Virus record (IMG/VR): IMGVR_UViG_3300033120_000761
Span: 1 to 64,000 of that record
DNA: 64,000 nt
Strand: one strand, 5' to 3'
DNA from: a virus
Lineage: Duplodnaviria; Caudoviricetes
Position numbers and translations under genes: made by a program
In this document: one piece after another, positions 53,847 to 61,793 of the stretch
Position numbering within the stretch: the stretch's first letter is position 1
Layout: the number at the start of each line of letters is the position of its first letter
Notes under the pieces: model-generated
Told to the model about the DNA's origin: nothing
The model's database searches: none
What the model saw: only the letters and a program-made list of their open reading frames with translations

Positions 53847-54317
53847 ATGTCAAAAAAGTATACCTCAACTAAAGTTTATGATGGCTTTTCAACTTGTTTT
53901 AGACAGTGGCGGGCAACCGATACACATTGTTCTAGACTTCATGGATACGGGGTCAGTTTTAAAGTCTGGTTTGAGGGTGAACTAGATCATAGAAATTGGG
54001 TTGCAGATTTTGGAATTATGAAAAGGGCTATTCATAAAATTGATGGTAAGTCTCCTATGGATTTCTTCAAATGGCTTCTAGACCATACCGTAATTATGTC
54101 TGAGGATGATCCGGCCCTGCCAACATTCAGAGAACTTGATAAACAGGGTGTTCTGCAATTAAGAGTTGTTCCTGATGTTGGATGTGAGAGATTCGCTGAA
54201 TTTCTTTTACTTAAAGTAAATGAGTTTATTCAAAAAGAAACCGGCGGGAGAGTCAAGGCTATTCAGCTTGAGTTTTTTGAGCATAATAAAAACAGTGCAA
54301 TAGCTAAGCTAGAGTAA
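53847..54317 (+). CDS. queD: 6-carboxytetrahydropterin synthase QueD
   Basis: HCSRLHGY, WVADFG, LLDHT, GCE, EFFEH.KN. Confidence 0.93.
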   Translation: MSKKYTSTKVYDGFSTCFRQWRATDTHCSRLHGYGVSFKVWFEGELDHRNWVADFGIMKRAIHKIDGKSPMDFFKWLLDHTVIMSEDDPALPTFRELDKQGVLQLRVVPDVGCERFAEFLLLKVNEFIQKETGGRVKAIQLEFFEHNKNSAIAKLE

Positions 54318-54392
54318 TCAGCGCAGTTTTTGATAAAATCTCGGTCCATGTTACACTTCTAGTATCTTTTTAATTGATACCAAGGAAGGTAA

Positions 54393-55760
54393 GTGATGGC
54401 CGAGACTAATACAAAGTCTAAGACCGACGATTCTCAATTCCGAAAGATAGCTCTCAAATATTACATTGAAAAAAAGAAAGCAGACCCTAGCTACATTGCT
54501 CAAAGAGAAGAAGTAGTTAATGGCTCAAAAGTTCCCCGTAGAGCAATCTATAGGATCTTTGGTTCTTTTCATAATTTTGTAAAAGAGGCAGAAGCGGAAT
54601 ACATCAGATCACTACCTACATCTGCGCGAGCTTTGCTCTCGGAGAGATCTAAGAAATTCTGCGTTAATGCAACTAAAGACGAGTGCATAGAAGATCTTAG
54701 ACAATTACAAAAAAGAAATCCCTTAAAGCATATTACAAGAAACTTTTATAGAGACTCAGGAACATTTTCGGATGCTACTTGGAACCAATTCTTTGGAACA
54801 TTCCAGGAATTTAGAAGATGTGCCGGTTTAGAGTTATCGAGAACTCAACATAAATTAGAAAGAGAGATTGCAAAGCACGCTTCCGCTGATCATTACTCTA
54901 AATATTATGAAACCCATGTAGCGCCTTTTTATAGAAAATTTGAGAAAGTTCATCAATCTTCTAAGCTAAAAAGAATCATGGTTATCTCAGACATTCATGA
55001 TATTGAATGCGAAGAATTTACATTAGAAGTTTTCATAGCAGAATGTAAAAGGAAACAACCTGACATCATCGTATTGAATGGGGATATTTTTGATCTATAT
55101 GAGTTCTCTAGATACACTCAAGATCCAAGGCATATAAAGATCAAGGAAAGGTTCGAGTTCATTCATAAAAGAGTCTTTAAAGCTCTTAGAGATGCCTGTC
55201 CTGATGCTCAGATCGATTTCATTATGGGAAATCATGAGTTCAGATTGATCAAGTATCTTGCAGATGCTACTCCGAATTTAAGAATTTTATTATCTGATGT
55301 AATGGGAATCACTTTTTCAAAAGTATTTGGATTAGATGAGTTCCAGATCAATTGGGTTTCTAAATTTGATTTAACTGCTTTTACAAAAACTGATATCGCG
55401 AACATCATGAAGCAAAATCATAAAATCTATTTCGATACGTTTTGTGTTTCTCATGAGCCAGATGCAGTTTTACAAAAATCATATACGGGAACAAATGGGC
55501 ATCATCATTCGGCCTCGTTAGAAAGCGGATTCAATATGCATACGGGAGTAACTTCATGGACTCAGACTCCAGCTGCTCACGTTCGGGATGCAGAATATCT
55601 ATATAAAGTTTCTAAATGGAACACCGGATTTCTAGAAGCAGTAATCAATACAGAACAAAGACAGGCCATTCAGCGTATTCATCACACACATAACGATTGG
55701 TGCGAGATCGATGGAGTTCTGTACGAGAGGAAGGAACGATATGAGCGAAAAGAAATTTAG
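54393..55760 (+). CDS. Calcineurin-like metallophosphoesterase with N-terminal HTH-like repeats
   Basis: SDIH, NGDIFD, GNHE, SH, GHHH. Confidence 0.88.
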   Translation: MMAETNTKSKTDDSQFRKIALKYYIEKKKADPSYIAQREEVVNGSKVPRRAIYRIFGSFHNFVKEAEAEYIRSLPTSARALLSERSKKFCVNATKDECIEDLRQLQKRNPLKHITRNFYRDSGTFSDATWNQFFGTFQEFRRCAGLELSRTQHKLEREIAKHASADHYSKYYETHVAPFYRKFEKVHQSSKLKRIMVISDIHDIECEEFTLEVFIAECKRKQPDIIVLNGDIFDLYEFSRYTQDPRHIKIKERFEFIHKRVFKALRDACPDAQIDFIMGNHEFRLIKYLADATPNLRILLSDVMGITFSKVFGLDEFQINWVSKFDLTAFTKTDIANIMKQNHKIYFDTFCVSHEPDAVLQKSYTGTNGHHHSASLESGFNMHTGVTSWTQTPAAHVRDAEYLYKVSKWNTGFLEAVINTEQRQAIQRIHHTHNDWCEIDGVLYERKERYERKEI

Positions 55761-56160
55761 TATCAGGAGATGCCACGACATAGAATTAGTTAAAAAGCTA
55801 CATTTAGAAACGTTCCCTACCGATGAGTGGTATTCGAATCCAAAAGCAGAGTCATGGGTTGTGTGGTTGGATAAGAAGCCCGTAGGATTTTGCATGGTAT
55901 CAATATGGGATGGAAAATATGGTTTTTTGGCAAGGGCAGGATTGTTAAGGGAAGCTCGCGGTTGTGGGCTACATATGCGTTTGATAAAGGTAAGAGAGTC
56001 TTTTTGCCGGAGAAATGGTTTTACTAAAGTTCTCACCTACACTAAGATGGATAATATTACATCGAATCGTAACTTACAGAAGGCGGGGTTTTATCTTTAT
56101 ATTCCCCAATATTCGTATGCAGATCCAGACTGTTTATACTGGATGAAGGAATTGAAATGA
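55741..56160 (+). CDS. GNAT acetyltransferase
   Basis: ARAGLLREARGCGLHMRLI; N.TSNRNLQKAGF; likely start MSEKKF at 55741. Confidence 0.85.
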   Translation: MSEKKFSIRRCHDIELVKKLHLETFPTDEWYSNPKAESWVVWLDKKPVGFCMVSIWDGKYGFLARAGLLREARGCGLHMRLIKVRESFCRRNGFTKVLTYTKMDNITSNRNLQKAGFYLYIPQYSYADPDCLYWMKELK

Positions 56161-56456
56161 AATTAGCAGAAGAAGTTTTAAGCTTATTTGAATCCGCCAC
56201 ATTGGTTTATACAGATGTCCTAACCATCGATCCCGATGCTTCCGATTCTTATAACGATGAGGCAATTAGGAAGCAGATCATTAAGGAAATAAAACCATTC
56301 AATCTGTCTTTTTTAAAATTTAAAGTTTTGGGAACGGAGGGTGAAGACGGTGCCGAGGTTGAGATTTCAATCAAGGGAGATCCAGATAAGCTTAAAAAAT
56401 TCGTTAACAAGTATGCTGGTATGGATAACGTAAAAAATCCGGAAGTATTAAAATGA
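56157..56456 (+). CDS. Hypothetical protein with shared N-terminal tag
   Basis: Begins MKLAEEVLSLFE. Confidence 0.7.
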   Translation: MKLAEEVLSLFESATLVYTDVLTIDPDASDSYNDEAIRKQIIKEIKPFNLSFLKFKVLGTEGEDGAEVEISIKGDPDKLKKFVNKYAGMDNVKNPEVLK

Positions 56457-56752
56457 GTGAGAAAAATCTATCGGTATGTTTGCCGATTCAAAAGGATAAG
56501 CCAGAAGATGTTCAGAGATATATGTTCCATTGTCCGGGATGCCAATATGGTCATGCATTTGATGAGAAAACATGGCATTTTAACTATGATCTTATTAAGC
56601 CTACCCTCACGCCCAGTTATCTTACAGGGCAAGATAATTTTACAAAAATGAGATGCCATTCATATATTAGGGATGGGAAAATCCAATTCCTAGATGATTG
56701 CTTCCACTCTTTAAAAGGACAGACGGTTGATTTACAACCTCTGCTAGACTAA
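56453..56752 (+). CDS. DUF6527-like Cys/His protein
   Basis: FHCPGC..GH, W.FN.D..KPTL.PS, RCHSYI.DG.IQFL.DC.H.L.GQTV.L. Confidence 0.7.
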   Translation: MSEKNLSVCLPIQKDKPEDVQRYMFHCPGCQYGHAFDEKTWHFNYDLIKPTLTPSYLTGQDNFTKMRCHSYIRDGKIQFLDDCFHSLKGQTVDLQPLLD

Positions 56753-56853
56753 TGAAATTAGCCAAGTCACTTACAGTCTTGATCGAAGGTTATTCAGATT
56801 CTCTAGATGGGGCAATTAAAATTTATCACGATATTATTAAGGAAACAGCATGA
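56752..56853 (+). CDS. 33-aa peptide consisting largely of the shared tag (not in the ORF track)
   Basis: MKLAKSLTVLIEGYSDSLDGAIKIYHDIIKETA; overlaps both neighbours (TAATG, ATGA). Confidence 0.55.
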   Translation: MKLAKSLTVLIEGYSDSLDGAIKIYHDIIKETA

Positions 56854-57764
56854 GTTTAGTTAACGACATCAAAGGTCTATTATCAGAAGAATTCATCACG
56901 CTTGAGGGATCTCTAGGTATTCCTCGTGATGAGATGCCTCAGATCGATTCTGAGCATATTGAACCATTCTTAGATTATCTAAAAGAAATTGGGTGCAATA
57001 CTTCTGAAGTTCAAAAAGAAGCACATGAATTAAAACCTTCTCAAGCTGAATTAGATCCTGCTAAGGCAGATAAAATTTGGTCAGATGGCGGAACATTCAA
57101 GAATCCTATTTTCACATCTAAAGATGGATATGTTCTAGACGGACACCATAGATGGCTTGCAGCTTTGAGAAATGCTGATAAAGAAAAGATGAATTGTATC
57201 GAGCTAGATTTAGATGCAAGAGAGGCAATTGAAAAAATGCACGAGTTTGAGCATACAAAAGTTAGAGGCATCGATGATAAATTGATTGAGAGTCTTGATC
57301 GCCTATTAAGAGAGGATGCTGAAAAACTATCTTCTTTAACCAAAGAAGTTCTCGGTGAATTAGAAATTGAGTGTGCAGAATTTACTAGAGACTGGCCGGA
57401 TGAAGTATTCACGGCAGATCTTGGTGAGACTATTTTGGACTCTAGGGGTAAAAAGATCTCAAAAGAACCCGTAATCCATTCAATTAAAATTCTATCTCCA
57501 TACGATTTATTATCTCAGTTCTTAGATAATTTTGATAAGCAAATTAATACTAAAGACGTTAAAGAATCGGACTATGCGACTGTTTTTTCAGGATTGATTG
57601 GAAATTCTTATGAACTTCAAAGCTCTACTGACTTCAAAAAAGAAGGTGGTGAATCTGAAGGATCAGAAGACATTTTCTTCACAATCAAAATTATTTCATT
57701 GAAATATAACCCGCGAGCTGGAATAATTGAGGTTAAGTTCAAAGAAAGTAATTTTAACCTCTAG
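56850..57764 (+). CDS. Tagged protein with ParB/Srx-like domain plus unknown C-terminal domain
   Basis: MSLVNDIKGLLSE tag; LKPSQ.E...PIF.S.DGYVLDGHHRW. Confidence 0.75.
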   Translation: MSLVNDIKGLLSEEFITLEGSLGIPRDEMPQIDSEHIEPFLDYLKEIGCNTSEVQKEAHELKPSQAELDPAKADKIWSDGGTFKNPIFTSKDGYVLDGHHRWLAALRNADKEKMNCIELDLDAREAIEKMHEFEHTKVRGIDDKLIESLDRLLREDAEKLSSLTKEVLGELEIECAEFTRDWPDEVFTADLGETILDSRGKKISKEPVIHSIKILSPYDLLSQFLDNFDKQINTKDVKESDYATVFSGLIGNSYELQSSTDFKKEGGESEGSEDIFFTIKIISLKYNPRAGIIEVKFKESNFNL

Positions 57765-57774
57765 ATTGTATCCG

Positions 57775-57833
57775 ATGGGGAAACTCATACTTTCAAACGA
57801 AAGAATTTTTCACATTCTCTAGGATGAAGGAAA
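57775..57833 (+). pseudogene. Decayed copy of the queE 5' end
   Basis: Reads MGKLILSNERIFHIL*DEG versus QueE MSGNTIVLANERIFHTLQGEG; 36/40 nt identical to 58464-58503. Confidence 0.75.
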
Positions 57834-57848
57834 TAAAAAAGGAAAAAA

Positions 57849-58388
57849 ATGAATTTATCAGAGAATGTACTAAAGTTATTAGGGGAAGATTCCACATTCT
57901 TCAAACCCGAAGTAGCTAAAAAGGAAGTATCAAAAATATTAGACTCGTTAGCTAAAGTATCTCATGGTTTAGTTGAAAAATATCAGGGAAGCATAGCAGG
58001 AAATAGCTCTAGTCCATCTGCACCCGATACATCTAAATTTATATCTCAACATTCGGGGATGATTGAATATATGTCTAATGAAGTAGTTAGAGACCGTTTT
58101 CCAAGATTCGTTTCGACGGGTGTTAAAATAGGCAGAAATGTCGATATAGAAACAACTAAAGCTATAAAGAAAGAATTTATAAAAATGTTTAATAAGTTTC
58201 AGTCTAAGTTTGGTGGTGATGGTACTTCGCATATCAGAGTCAGGTTTGGTGATGAAGAGTATGGCCCACACTACTCAATTACGCTCATCGACGTTAGTGG
58301 ATCAAATTGGGGCTGTGTCGGAGTGCAGATAGAGAAAAGGGATGGCAATGGAGATCATAATACCAAGATTTCGCATTTATATAAATAA
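57849..58388 (+). CDS. Hypothetical protein with shared N-terminal tag
   Basis: Begins MNLSENVLKLLGE; AAGGA SD. Confidence 0.7.
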   Translation: MNLSENVLKLLGEDSTFFKPEVAKKEVSKILDSLAKVSHGLVEKYQGSIAGNSSSPSAPDTSKFISQHSGMIEYMSNEVVRDRFPRFVSTGVKIGRNVDIETTKAIKKEFIKMFNKFQSKFGGDGTSHIRVRFGDEEYGPHYSITLIDVSGSNWGCVGVQIEKRDGNGDHNTKISHLYK

Positions 58389-58438
58389 GGAATAACACGA
58401 AACTAGCAAAAAGTGTAAATTTTACACATAGGTAATAA

Positions 58439-59170
58439 ATGTCCGGGAACACAATAGTACTCGCAAACGAAAGAATTTTTCACACTCTCCAAGGTGAAGG
58501 AAAGTATATGGGTTATCCATGTACGTTCGTACGTTTATCACTCTGCAATTTACGTTGTGAGTGGAGGAATAAAGATGGCAGTTCAACTAGATGCGATACA
58601 CCATATACCTCGTTTGAACCTGAAAAAAATGATGTAGAAATTGATCAGATTATAAAAGAAGTGTCTGATAAAAATTATCATGTGGTTGTTTCTGGTGGAG
58701 AACCATTTTTTCAAGCTAATGTTTCAGAGCTAATTAAAGAATTAAGACTTAATAATAAATATGTAACCGTTGAAACAAATGGAACTATTTATAGAGAAAA
58801 TCAAGCAGATTTCATTTCATTATCCCCTAAATTAAAATCATCATCTTCTAATCCTGAGCGCGGACAAATTCATGATAAGCAAAGAATCAATCTCGGAGCT
58901 TTATCTAAGTTTATTGTTAATCACGATTATCAATTTAAGTTCGTGGTTAATAATGAGGAAGAAGTCGAAGAAATCTTAGATATTAAAGGAGAGCTTTGGA
59001 AATTAACGGGTATCGATATTTCAGAAAAAATTTGGTTAATGCCTCAAGGTGTTGCTAAAGAACAATTTGATGAAAAGGCAGAATGGATCTGGGATATTTG
59101 TAAAAAACACCACTGGAAATATACTGATAGACTGCATATCAGAGTTTATGGTCAAAGAGTTGGTGTATGA
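58439..59170 (+). CDS. queE: 7-carboxy-7-deazaguanine synthase QueE (radical SAM)
   Basis: TLQGEG, FVRLSLCNLRCEW...CDT, VSGGEP, VETNG, SLSPK, RLH...YG. Confidence 0.96.
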   Translation: MSGNTIVLANERIFHTLQGEGKYMGYPCTFVRLSLCNLRCEWRNKDGSSTRCDTPYTSFEPEKNDVEIDQIIKEVSDKNYHVVVSGGEPFFQANVSELIKELRLNNKYVTVETNGTIYRENQADFISLSPKLKSSSSNPERGQIHDKQRINLGALSKFIVNHDYQFKFVVNNEEEVEEILDIKGELWKLTGIDISEKIWLMPQGVAKEQFDEKAEWIWDICKKHHWKYTDRLHIRVYGQRVGV

Positions 59171-59427
59171 AATTAGCGAATCACCTATTACTAGTCTTAG
59201 CAGAAGCTACCAAATTTCCTACAATAATCAGTTGTTCCAAATCATCCGTAACGGTGGCATGGAGTAAAGATTCTATTTTCAAATATGAATGTAATGATTA
59301 TATGAGAGGAATAGCTACCGATAGAATCGATGCGACTTCAAAACTATTGCCAGTATTAGATAGGAAAATGCTATCTTATATTTCTAAAAATAAAGACACG
59401 CTTAACGGAACAAAGGTAGAAGAATGA
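59167..59427 (+). CDS. Hypothetical protein with shared N-terminal tag
   Basis: Begins MKLANHLLLVLAE. Confidence 0.65.
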   Translation: MKLANHLLLVLAEATKFPTIISCSKSSVTVAWSKDSIFKYECNDYMRGIATDRIDATSKLLPVLDRKMLSYISKNKDTLNGTKVEE

Positions 59428-59873
59428 AATTAGCTCAAGAACTAAAAAAATTAGTTAATGAAGATCTAGATTCTTCTTATGTTGTTTTTGGCTTTGAGGG
59501 TAAACCCGATCTTGCTAATGATCATGTTACTCTAATGTATTTCGGTAAAATAGAGGAAGATAAGGTTCAAGAAATTATCTCTCTAATCGATTCATATATG
59601 GAAGAGAATAAACCAAAAGAGTTTGAAGCTGTTTTTGATAAAGTTTCTATGTTCGGCCCTGAGAATGATGTAAGGGTTTTAGAGGCTAAGGATAAGAACG
59701 TCTTTTTAATCAAGCTCAGAGAGCTTCTAGCGCCTTATAATGGCTCTAAGTTTACTGACTTCAATCCTCATTATACAAATGATTCATTAGATTCATTTAC
59801 GGGCATCATCGATAGATTACAATTTTCACAATCAGAATATAAAGAAATAAAAACTTGGAATTTAGGAGATTAA
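59424..59873 (+). CDS. 2H phosphoesterase (Acb1/gp57B-like candidate) with shared N-terminal tag
   Basis: Two HxT motifs (HVTL, PHYT); begins MKLAQELKKLVNE. Confidence 0.8.
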   Translation: MKLAQELKKLVNEDLDSSYVVFGFEGKPDLANDHVTLMYFGKIEEDKVQEIISLIDSYMEENKPKEFEAVFDKVSMFGPENDVRVLEAKDKNVFLIKLRELLAPYNGSKFTDFNPHYTNDSLDSFTGIIDRLQFSQSEYKEIKTWNLGD

Positions 59874-60078
59874 TCATGCAAGTAAAAAGCAAAATTCACG
59901 GATCAGCATCTATTACTATTAGAGGACAGAGAAGGAGAGGGAGCATTCGCTTATAACCAGATCTCTTTCCCTCACGTTGCGGGTCTTAACCCTAGAAACG
60001 TAAATATTCAAAATACGCTAACAATTATCCCGCTTGTTACTGAGCCGGTTTCTGTAGCTTAAATAAGGTAATTAATTT

Positions 60079-60735
60079 ATGGATGGAATTAAACTTAAAG
60101 ATTTAAAAAATATCCCTTCTACTCCGATGGTCGATAACGGCCTGACGAGAGAAGAGAAGAAAACAAAGATCGAAGAACATTTCAAAGCAATTATGGAAAC
60201 ATTAGGGCTTGATTTAACCGATGATTCTTTGATGGATACTCCTCGTAGAGTAGCTAAGATGTATGTGGATGAGATCTGCTACGGATTAGATGAATCAAGA
60301 TTCCCTAAGATCACGATGGTTGAAAATAAATTCGGATCTCAGATGGTAACGGAAGCAAAAATTACCGTGAACTCATTATGCGAACATCACTTCATTACTA
60401 TTTGTGGCTTTGCTCACATCTCATATATTCCAAAGGCAAATGGAAAGGTGATTGGATTATCTAAGATGAATCGAATCGTTGAATACTTTTCGGCAAGACC
60501 TCAAGTTCAAGAAAGACTAACTGAGCAAGTTCAAAAATGTTTGGCAGAGCTTTTAGGGACTGAAGATGTGGCCGTGGTAATTGATGGAGTCCACTTTTGC
60601 GTAAGAGCAAGAGGAGTAAAAGACGGATCTTCTGTAACAAGAACTTCTTCTTTGGGTGGAAAATATCTGAGTGATGCGGTTGTAAGATCAGAATTTATGA
60701 ACGCAATTCCTACGATTGCAGACTTTAAATTATAG
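60079..60735 (+). CDS. folE: GTP cyclohydrolase I FolE
   Basis: DTPRRVAKM, SLCEHH, IGLSKMNR, RPQVQERLT, HFCVRARG. Confidence 0.97.
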   Translation: MDGIKLKDLKNIPSTPMVDNGLTREEKKTKIEEHFKAIMETLGLDLTDDSLMDTPRRVAKMYVDEICYGLDESRFPKITMVENKFGSQMVTEAKITVNSLCEHHFITICGFAHISYIPKANGKVIGLSKMNRIVEYFSARPQVQERLTEQVQKCLAELLGTEDVAVVIDGVHFCVRARGVKDGSSVTRTSSLGGKYLSDAVVRSEFMNAIPTIADFKL

Positions 60736-60737
60736 GA

Positions 60738-61793
60738 ATGAAGATGTTATCGAGGCAAATTTTAAAACTGTTAGAAGATGCCTCGGAGCCTTGGTTATCC
60801 TATTTAGATGATAAGCCTAAGACTAGAGAGTATGTTGTAAAAGCAATTGAAGATCTGGATGCAGGCTTAGAAAATAAGGTGATCTGGAATACCGAATTTC
60901 TAAATATAAAATCTAGATTAGGATCTCTTTGTTATGATTTATTTCATGATGTGAAAAGAGATGCGATTAAGAAAGTCACAATGACACCGGAAGAATTAGC
61001 ATATTTTGAAGAAAAGATTTATATGCTCGCGGTTCAAGCTCCAAGAATGATTCTAAAGAAAATAGGATCAGATAATAATCCAGGCCTAAAGTTTATGGTT
61101 GAGACGCTGATTAAACCAATAGCGGATCTTCTGGAAAAAATAAATAAATTAAAAGAATTTGTTCAGAAGGGAAGAAAGCCTAACCCTAATGCTAAGACTA
61201 AGCCTGTTTTTGATCCCGGATATTCTTCTAAGGAAGATACTGAAAAAGTAAAAAATATCTATGAAGAATTATTAAAAGAATGGCTTCCTAAACAAATAGC
61301 TGAGATTGAAGATCAACAAGAAAAAATGATTGTTGATCTTCAAAAGTTATTAAGGGATGGTACGCCTGCTGAAAAATCTAATAAGAGATCTCACCCAGGA
61401 AGAATTTACTTTGACTTATCTGATAGGTTAGAAAAAGATTATAAGAAGAAAATAAAAGAAAAGGCCGTGAAAGAGGCGAAAGCTATCCAAGAAGCTTTTA
61501 CGATTAAGAATATTAAAAAAGTCACAAGTATTATTTCTAATAAGGGTGATTTAAAAGATTCTAAAATTGTAAAAACGTCTTCTAGGGACGGTATCATGGA
61601 AGGGATTATAAAATTTCTTTTTAGTGATGGATCTTCATTCTCGGTGAAGAATCAGGTAGTGGTTGTTTGGGATACTCGTAAACCATTTTATAGATTCCCA
61701 ACGACTTTCATTGATATTGAAATGCCAGATAAGGTAAAGCATAAAATGAAATCCGAAGAATGGATGAACATTAATTTCAAAAGAGTAGCGTAA
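60738..61793 (+). CDS. Hypothetical protein with shared N-terminal tag
   Basis: Begins MKMLSRQILKLLE; 351 aa, no family assigned. Confidence 0.75.
   Translation: MKMLSRQILKLLEDASEPWLSYLDDKPKTREYVVKAIEDLDAGLENKVIWNTEFLNIKSRLGSLCYDLFHDVKRDAIKKVTMTPEELAYFEEKIYMLAVQAPRMILKKIGSDNNPGLKFMVETLIKPIADLLEKINKLKEFVQKGRKPNPNAKTKPVFDPGYSSKEDTEKVKNIYEELLKEWLPKQIAEIEDQQEKMIVDLQKLLRDGTPAEKSNKRSHPGRIYFDLSDRLEKDYKKKIKEKAVKEAKAIQEAFTIKNIKKVTSIISNKGDLKDSKIVKTSSRDGIMEGIIKFLFSDGSSFSVKNQVVVVWDTRKPFYRFPTTFIDIEMPDKVKHKMKSEEWMNINFKRVA

Noticed and set aside
52680-53850. preQ1 riboswitch near queC/queD
   Set aside because: No recognisable class I stem-loop plus A-rich tail or class II/III pattern; only an unexplained SD-sequestering structure, reported separately.
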